From the NCBI GenBank assembly GCA_009694955.1, contig SIBZ01000004.1, positions 1-39,703 of the forward strand: a DNA stretch of 39,703 bases. Direction: 5' to 3'. Source of the stretch: Candidatus Tayloriibacteriota bacterium. GTDB lineage: Bacteria > Patescibacteriota > Minisyncoccia > Phycocordibacterales > UBA10002. A model generated the notes under the pieces. It was not told where the DNA came from, made no database searches, and was given only the letters and a program-made list of their open reading frames with translations. The translations under genes and the position numbers were made by a program. The number at the start of each line of letters is the position of its first letter. The first letter of the stretch is position 1. Positions 33,776-39,703 of this stretch are shown in pieces.

Positions 33776-35755
33776 GTGAAAAACAAGCGATTTCCAAAGG
33801 AAGACGGAAAAAAGCATCCTACCCTCACATTGCGAGGTATTTTAAGCGTGAATTCCCGAGCGGTTGGATTCATTGAGGATACGAAGAGCGACGAAGATGT
33901 CATGATTGAAACGCCGAATCTTCATACGGCGCTTAACCGCGACGAGGTGGAAGTTGAGCCGCTTAAAGCCAAAGTCCGGGGGCGCCGAACCGGTAAGGTC
34001 GTGCGTATCATTACGCGCGCCAAAATGCGCTTTGTCGGTACGATTGGAGAGAATGGAACACGACTCATACTGACACCCGACGACTTCCGAATGTACGCGC
34101 CTATTACGATTCCACGCCCTCCCCGTGAGGCACAAAAAGGATATAAAGCGCTTGTCGAAATCAAAGAATGGCAGGATGGCAAAGAACCGCAAGGCGAGAT
34201 TGTTAAAGTTATTGGCAAAAAGGGCGAACATGAGGTGGAAATGGAATCTATCATTCTTGAACGCGGATTCGAGAGCAGTTTCCCAAAAGAGGTAGAGACT
34301 GAGGCGGAAGAAATAGCGGAGGGAGCAAAGAGGCTTATCACCGAGACCGGCTCCCCTGTTCCGACGGAAGAAATGAAAAAGCGCCGCGACTTTCGTACCA
34401 CTACCCTGTTCACGATTGACCCCGAGAGTGCAAAAGATTTTGACGACGCCTTGTCATTTAAAAAGCTCTCGAATGGGCACTTCGAGATAGGCGTCCATAT
34501 CGCCGATGTCTCGCATTACGTCCGCGAAGGGACCGCGCTCGACCGCGAGGCACGTGAACGCGGCACCTCCGTGTATCTCGTCGACCGCACGATTCCGATG
34601 CTTCCCCACGCCCTTTCAAACGACCTCTGTTCACTGAACCCAAATGTCGACCGTTTCGCGTTTTCAGCCGTGTTTGAGATGGATGACTCGGGTACCGTAT
34701 TTAGCCGCTGGTTCGGAAAGGGGGCGATTCACTCACAGATGCGGTTTTCGTACGAAACGGCTCAGGAATCCATAGACAAGGGGGGTGTGCTCTCAGAGGA
34801 GCTACGACTCATGAACGCGATAGCAAAAAAACTCCGAGCCGAAAAATCCAAACAGGGCGCAATCGACTTTGAACAGGACGAAGTTGGCTTTGAATTGGAT
34901 GAGACGGGCCACCCCACCCGCGTCTTTAAGAAAAAACGACTGGATACCCACAAACTCATCGAGGAGTTCATGCTCCTCGCCAACCGCGAGGTGGCTTACT
35001 TTTTTCACCAGGCATGGAAAAAATCGGGAGGCAAGATTCCCTTTATCTACCGCACGCATGACGTTCCGAACCGCGAGAAAATCGAACAGCTCGGCATCTT
35101 TGTCCGCGCGCTCGGACACGAACTCCCTGTCGGCAATGACAGAAACGTGACCGGTAAAGATTTACAAGCGCTCTTTACCGCTATTGCGGGGCATGCCTCC
35201 GAATCGCTGATTAAAACCGCCGCCATACGCAGTATGGCAAAAGCGGTGTATTCGACTTCGAACATAGGTCACTTCGGCCTCGCGTTTGAATACTATACGC
35301 ACTTCACCTCCCCCATCAGACGGTATCCCGACCTCCTCGTGCACCGTTCTCTCTTCTCAATTCTGGAACAGCACAAGGTGGACCCCGACAAACTCGCCAA
35401 ACTTGAACGTATGGCGGGAGACGCCACACAAAAAGAAATCTCCGCAGCCGAAGCGGAGCGCGAATCTATCAAACTGAAGCAAGTGGAATACATGGAGGAA
35501 CGTATCGGCAAAGAGTTTGAGGGCATTATTTCCGGCGTGACCGAATGGGGAATCTACGTGGAGGACAAGGAAACACGTTCGGAGGGTATGGTGAAGCTCC
35601 GCGCCCTCGGGGACGACTACTACGTGTTGGATGAAAAGAATTACGCGGTTGTCGGGGAAAAAACAAAGAAAAAGTATACGCTCGGCGACAGTGTGCGTTT
35701 CAAGGTCATGGGTGCCGACGTGGAGAGGAAGACACTCGACTATCGGCTGGTGTAA
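33776..35755 (+). CDS. rnr: Ribonuclease R
   Basis: TIDPESAKDFDDA, HIADVSHYV, IEEFMLLAN, HFTSPIRRYPD and a C-terminal S1 domain. Confidence 0.96.
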   Translation: MKNKRFPKEDGKKHPTLTLRGILSVNSRAVGFIEDTKSDEDVMIETPNLHTALNRDEVEVEPLKAKVRGRRTGKVVRIITRAKMRFVGTIGENGTRLILTPDDFRMYAPITIPRPPREAQKGYKALVEIKEWQDGKEPQGEIVKVIGKKGEHEVEMESIILERGFESSFPKEVETEAEEIAEGAKRLITETGSPVPTEEMKKRRDFRTTTLFTIDPESAKDFDDALSFKKLSNGHFEIGVHIADVSHYVREGTALDREARERGTSVYLVDRTIPMLPHALSNDLCSLNPNVDRFAFSAVFEMDDSGTVFSRWFGKGAIHSQMRFSYETAQESIDKGGVLSEELRLMNAIAKKLRAEKSKQGAIDFEQDEVGFELDETGHPTRVFKKKRLDTHKLIEEFMLLANREVAYFFHQAWKKSGGKIPFIYRTHDVPNREKIEQLGIFVRALGHELPVGNDRNVTGKDLQALFTAIAGHASESLIKTAAIRSMAKAVYSTSNIGHFGLAFEYYTHFTSPIRRYPDLLVHRSLFSILEQHKVDPDKLAKLERMAGDATQKEISAAEAERESIKLKQVEYMEERIGKEFEGIISGVTEWGIYVEDKETRSEGMVKLRALGDDYYVLDEKNYAVVGEKTKKKYTLGDSVRFKVMGADVERKTLDYRLV

Positions 35756-35789
35756 CAATTTTTGCCGAGCGCAGGTTTTCAGCGTTAGC

Positions 35790-36026
35790 ATGAAAACAAA
35801 TTCTTTCGCTCTTCACCGGCGCAAAAAATCATCAGCGCGACATTCCGATCTTCGGGTCATCCCGAGATTGGTGGAAATCCCCATCGAGGTTAAATTCTGG
35901 GCTATCAACCTGATGCGGGACTGGGACGGTTTCTTTAATGGAACTCCTCCTCCAAACCTTGCACAGCAACTGGCAAAATGCAGGCCGTTTGTTTCGGCGA
36001 AAGGCACCCTTACCCGGAGCTTTTGA
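35790..36026 (+). CDS. Hypothetical protein (78 aa)
   Basis: ATG at 35790 after rnr and before a terminator; no recognisable motif. Confidence 0.35.
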   Translation: MKTNSFALHRRKKSSARHSDLRVIPRLVEIPIEVKFWAINLMRDWDGFFNGTPPPNLAQQLAKCRPFVSAKGTLTRSF

Positions 36027-36058
36027 CCCAGGAACACACACCGTCTGACCACCGCACC

Positions 36059-36081
36059 AGCCGCGCACGCGCGGCTTTTTT
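36059..36081 (+). terminator. Intrinsic terminator
   Basis: agccgcgc-ac-gcgcggct followed by a T tract. Confidence 0.7.
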
Positions 36082-36134
36082 GTTGACTACCAGCACGGTT
36101 TTCTTATACTATCCGCAGTCTTGTAAAGGAACCT

Positions 36135-36434
36135 ATGCGCACCAAAACACATACACCTAGTGTCCGTTTGGCGGGAATAGCATCAGAAGAGCTCACACAA
36201 AGGCAACGGAAAGTACTGACGCTCGTCGTGAAAGGTTTTGACCGTAATAGTATCGGACGAGAGCTCGCCGTACATGGGCGAATGGTCCGCTATCATCTCA
36301 CCGCGCTCTATCGGAAGGCGGGCGTTCCGAGTTTCCAGGCCTTGCAGGCCAAAGCGGGAGTACTTCGGATCCTCAGGCTTAAAGACGGACGCCTCACGTT
36401 CGGGTCAGCGAGGCGAAAGGCCTCAGCCGTATGA
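36135..36434 (+). CDS. Stand-alone LuxR-type HTH regulator
   Basis: LTQRQRKVLTLVVKGFDRNSIGREL...VRYHLTALYRKAGV; AAGGA upstream. Confidence 0.8.
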   Translation: MRTKTHTPSVRLAGIASEELTQRQRKVLTLVVKGFDRNSIGRELAVHGRMVRYHLTALYRKAGVPSFQALQAKAGVLRILRLKDGRLTFGSARRKASAV

Positions 36435-36447
36435 AAGTGAACATTCG

Positions 36448-36479
36448 AAAAGCCACGCGGGTAACCGCGAGGCTTTTTT
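36448..36479. terminator. Bidirectional terminator
   Basis: aaaagccacgcgg-gtaa-ccgcgaggctttttt. Confidence 0.75.
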
Positions 36480-36486
36480 GTTTCCT

Positions 36487-36516
36487 CTGTCATTCCAACG
36501 AAAGCTGGAATCCAGA
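36487..36516. repeat. GTCATTCC...GGAATCCAG palindromic element, copy 2
   Basis: ctgtcattccaacgaaagctggaatccaga. Confidence 0.7.
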
Positions 36517-36549
36517 GTTTCAGAACTGAATCCTCACTTTAGTCTACGA

Positions 36550-38829
36550 CTACTTCGCTACCGCCACCGCTTCGTCAAAGGCAATCGAGAGGAGCTTGGA
36601 CACCCCGCTCTTGTCCATCGTGACCCCGTAAATCACACCAGCGCGGGACATCGTTTCGCGATTATGCGTAATCAAAATCAGCTGGGAATATTTGGACAGG
36701 TTCTCAATCATATCGCCGTACTTCTTTGAGTTCGCTTCGTCCAGCGCCGCGTCAGTTTCGTCAAGAATGATGAACGGCGGGGGCTTCACCTGTGACATCG
36801 CGAAGAGAAGCGCGATGGAGGTGAGCGCGCGCTCGCCTCCGGAAAGCATCATAAGCGCTTTGATTTTCTTCCTCGGAAGATTCACCTCAATATCAATGCC
36901 TGTTTCCTGCTCGGTATCCTCGGATGCCGCTACCGCAGCCGCTTCCCCGCCATCGAGAAGGTCATCGACCTCCCGCCGGATTTTCTTTTCCGGTTTCGCG
37001 ATTGCGAGCTTCGCCGAACCACCACCGAACATAAGCGAAAAGTAGTTCTGGAACTCCGCGTTTATCTTCTCGATACCTCCGCGAAACTCTTCATCCAGCT
37101 TTTGCTCAAGCTCGATAATGAGATTCCGGAGCGTCTCGGCACTTTGTTCAAGGTCGGTGATTTCCCGCGCAAGAAACTGGTCGCGCTCGGTTGCCTCCTG
37201 AAACTCTTTCAGCACCTCCGCTCCGCTTCCTCCGCCCGCATCCTCGATGCGGATTTTCAGTTTTTCCACTTTCCGTCGCCGTTCTTCTTGCAGTGCTCGG
37301 TCCTCGAGTGTCATTGCTTGAGGGTTTAGGGTTTCGCCCTTCTCATCTTTCAATTCCACCTTTTCATATTCCAAAATCTCCCTACCAATAAGTAGGACGC
37401 CTTCGGTGAGTTCGCGTTTGAAATCCCCTTCCAAATGCTCGAGTTCGTGCGCTCGTACACGGAGCGCGTTTAACGCGCCGTGTAGTTCGTTCTGACGTGC
37501 CATAATGCGGAAGACTTCTTTTTCCGCGTCCCGGCTTGAATCTTTTTCCTTGTCTATTTCCGTCCGGAGCGCGTACTCTTCGTGTTGTGCATTCTTTTCG
37601 GCTTCCCGCACCTCGCGGAGTTTTTGTTCGACTTCTTTCTTCTTCTCAGCCAAAGATTCGATTTCTTTCGCCACGTCCTCTGCTCCCTGGTCCTTTTTCC
37701 TCCGGTGGCGTTCGAGAAACGTATGCATCGCTTCCTTGATGCGCCCGATGGTGACGATGAGGATACCCGCGTCCCGCTCATCTTCATCGACGGACACGGA
37801 ATCGATTTGCCGGACCAGACCTTCGACTTCGGAAAGCGGGATAACGACGCTGTCTGACTCCATTGTCCCGCGGATTTTTTGCAAACGCTGTGCTCCTGCG
37901 ACTTCGCCCTCAAGCCGGCCTACTTCGCGCGAAAGCGACTCGCGTTCTTTCCGAAGGCCGTTTAGTTTCTCTTCGATGGCGATAATCGCCTTCGTCTTTT
38001 CGTCTTTCCCATGCGTTTCTTCAAGAATTTTCTTGGACGCGATAAGTCTGTCGTTCAGTTCGGCGAGCTCTTGCTTGGGCTCACGCTCTTCTTCCGCTAT
38101 CTTCTCTTTCGAAACAGCGATGTAGGCGTGTTCCCGCTTCAGGTATTCGCCGTATAGCGCACGGAGCTCTTCCTTCAGTTGTTTGGTCTTTTCGATTTTC
38201 TCAACCTGTTTTTTGAGAAAGGAAATATGCGGGGCAATCTCACGGCGAAGTGATGCCACCTGCTTCATATTTTCGTCGGTTTTCTCGAGCTTCTTTTCCG
38301 ACTCCTCCCGCTTCCATTGGTAAATCTTGAGACCGAGCGCGTCTTCAATCATCTCCCGTCGTTCCCGCATAGTGGCGTTAAGGATTCTGTCTGCCTCGCC
38401 CTGCGAAATGATGTGGTGCCCCGATGAGCCGATATGCGCTCCGGCGAGGAGCTCCACGATGTCGCGGAGGCGCACCGGCGAGCCGTTCACGAGATACTCA
38501 CTTGATGCATCTCGGAAGATGACGCGTTCAATAACCACTTCATCGACATCAAGATTGAGCAAACGCTTTCGGTTGTCGAATACGAGCTTCACCGACGCGC
38601 GGTTGGAGCGCCCCATTTCGGGAGAGCCGTTCCAAATGAGGTCTTCGGTGCGCTTCCCTCGCATACTCTTAATGGACTGTTCTCCGAGCACGAAACGAAA
38701 CGCTTCGGCGGTGTTGCTCTTCCCGCTTCCGTTCGGACCGACGATGGACGTAATAGGCGTGTTGAAAGACAGTTCGGTCTTCTTGGCGAAGGACTTAAAG
38801 CCGGTGAGTTCCAATGATTTTAAGTACAT
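36550..38829 (-). CDS. smc: Short SMC-family ATPase (759 aa)
   Basis: GFKSFA, GPNGSGKSN, Q-loop ISQG, LSGGE and LDETDAALD, with coiled coil in between. Confidence 0.9.
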   Translation of the reverse strand: MYLKSLELTGFKSFAKKTELSFNTPITSIVGPNGSGKSNTAEAFRFVLGEQSIKSMRGKRTEDLIWNGSPEMGRSNRASVKLVFDNRKRLLNLDVDEVVIERVIFRDASSEYLVNGSPVRLRDIVELLAGAHIGSSGHHIISQGEADRILNATMRERREMIEDALGLKIYQWKREESEKKLEKTDENMKQVASLRREIAPHISFLKKQVEKIEKTKQLKEELRALYGEYLKREHAYIAVSKEKIAEEEREPKQELAELNDRLIASKKILEETHGKDEKTKAIIAIEEKLNGLRKERESLSREVGRLEGEVAGAQRLQKIRGTMESDSVVIPLSEVEGLVRQIDSVSVDEDERDAGILIVTIGRIKEAMHTFLERHRRKKDQGAEDVAKEIESLAEKKKEVEQKLREVREAEKNAQHEEYALRTEIDKEKDSSRDAEKEVFRIMARQNELHGALNALRVRAHELEHLEGDFKRELTEGVLLIGREILEYEKVELKDEKGETLNPQAMTLEDRALQEERRRKVEKLKIRIEDAGGGSGAEVLKEFQEATERDQFLAREITDLEQSAETLRNLIIELEQKLDEEFRGGIEKINAEFQNYFSLMFGGGSAKLAIAKPEKKIRREVDDLLDGGEAAAVAASEDTEQETGIDIEVNLPRKKIKALMMLSGGERALTSIALLFAMSQVKPPPFIILDETDAALDEANSKKYGDMIENLSKYSQLILITHNRETMSRAGVIYGVTMDKSGVSKLLSIAFDEAVAVAK

Positions 38830-38835
38830 AAAATC

Positions 38836-38866
38836 AGATTTACGAAGTATGATTTAAGATTTACGA
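38836..38866. repeat. Heptamer array, AGATTTA family
   Basis: agattta cgaagta tgattta agattta cga, just upstream of the smc ATG. Confidence 0.7.
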
Positions 38867-38960
38867 AAACTGAAAAGACGGCTTAATCATAGCAATTTAC
38901 CGACAAACAAAAAAGCGCCGCGACGACAGCGCTTTTCGCAAATAAGTAAAGTCTCCGCAC

Positions 38961-39151
38961 CTAAGCCGTTTCCGAAAGATTCTGTGGTCTCGAATCCTTC
39001 CTTACGGCTTCGTAAGTCTTTGCAGCTCCTTTGAGCTGCTGTAACTCCGGTTCAGTGTGAGTGACCGCCTCGGCTTCAGGTTCTTCAAAAAACCGCAGTC
39101 GTCGTCTTCCCTGCCTCTCTGTGGCTGGGGTTGCTTATCGTTTTGTTCCAT
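38961..39151 (-). pseudogene. Small gene split by an apparent -1 frameshift at a T6 run
   Basis: The ATG frame MEQNDKQ...DDDCGF continues in the -1 frame as FEEPEAEAVTHTEPELQQLKGAAK...ETA*. Confidence 0.4.
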
Positions 39152-39225
39152 ACTGAAAAAAACAGTACAATAAAAGCGAAAAAGAGCAGGCTCTGACGTA
39201 CGCTTTCCTTCTATTTCATTCCACG

Positions 39226-39516
39226 ATGTATAAGAAGATGTTACAATTTCTTCAAATGGGAAAACTGAATTCCGAGAAGAAGATAACTCGCAACCGTGTC
39301 CTTCTTTTCATAATAGGTGGTGGAGTACTAGCGTGGCTCCTCTTCCTGTCGATCCAAACGATTATAGTGAATATAAGCTGCACAAAGGAAGGCGGGCTTT
39401 TTCTATCTAGCACGAGTGGGGGGATATCTCCTAGTAGTAGACTTTCCGATTACGCTGTGAGAAAGAAGTACGGCGATAACTACACAAGATACGTCTCCGG
39501 TTATTGTATTCATTAA
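39226..39516 (+). CDS. Hypothetical single-TM protein
   Basis: 96-aa ORF with a hydrophobic helix; AT-rich. Confidence 0.55.
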   Translation: MYKKMLQFLQMGKLNSEKKITRNRVLLFIIGGGVLAWLLFLSIQTIIVNISCTKEGGLFLSSTSGGISPSSRLSDYAVRKKYGDNYTRYVSGYCIH

Positions 39517-39550
39517 CCGTTACATCTCGCCTGCCATCTTTACTAACTTT

Positions 39551-39703
39551 TTATTCCCACTTTTTGGCTTCTAGCCCGGCTTTCGCCGCCGATTGTTCAG
39601 CTTCCTGCTTTGACTTCCCTTCGCCCTCGGCGACACGTTCTTTGCCTAAGAAAACGGCGACGGTGAACTGCTTGTCATGGTCGGGGCCGATTTGTTTGAC
39701 CAT
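39551..39703 (-). CDS. rnc: Ribonuclease III, C-terminal dsRBD (partial, runs off the window)
   Basis: GPDHDKQFTVAV...GEGKSKQEAEQSAA; upstream of smc as in the usual rnc-smc arrangement. Confidence 0.9.
   Translation of the reverse strand: MVKQIGPDHDKQFTVAVFLGKERVAEGEGKSKQEAEQSAAKAGLEAKKWE

Noticed and set aside
429-38866. Repeat arrays as CRISPR arrays
   Set aside because: Units are 7 bp and tandem, with no 25-45-bp repeats separated by unique spacers and no cas genes. The Cas4-like Cys pattern belongs to the helicase fusion.

Overview
This 39.7-kb bacterial window is mostly housekeeping genes. It is probably from a Patescibacteria/CPR (Parcubacteria-like) genome; that is inferred from the compact rpoB, short SMC, DUF5654-like protein and many apparently leaderless genes. 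Recognisable genes are metK, tsaC, truB, an ECF sigma factor with a downstream membrane protein, an RRM protein, hisS, an RNase H-like exonuclease, DsbA, a C26 peptidase, a UvrD helicase-nuclease fusion, prs, rpoD, dnaG, rpoC, rpoB, an MFS transporter, trmD, khpA, rpsP, rnr, smc and the 3' end of rnc. An AT-rich islet carries a NYN nuclease and a 5'-disrupted transglutaminase-like gene. A complete SAM-I riboswitch (aptamer, antiterminator, terminator) precedes metK. The main unexplained feature is a dense population of short interspersed elements. About 17 degenerate 7-bp-period arrays fall into about 7 families, often as inverted arm-spacer-arm cassettes, alongside several REP-like palindrome families. 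These elements fill whole intergenic spaces, overlap the stop codons of many genes, and sit in frame inside truB (twice), trmD (twice), the helicase and a hydrolase. No transposase, rRNA, tRNA or CRISPR array was seen. All calls are by eye, with no searches run.
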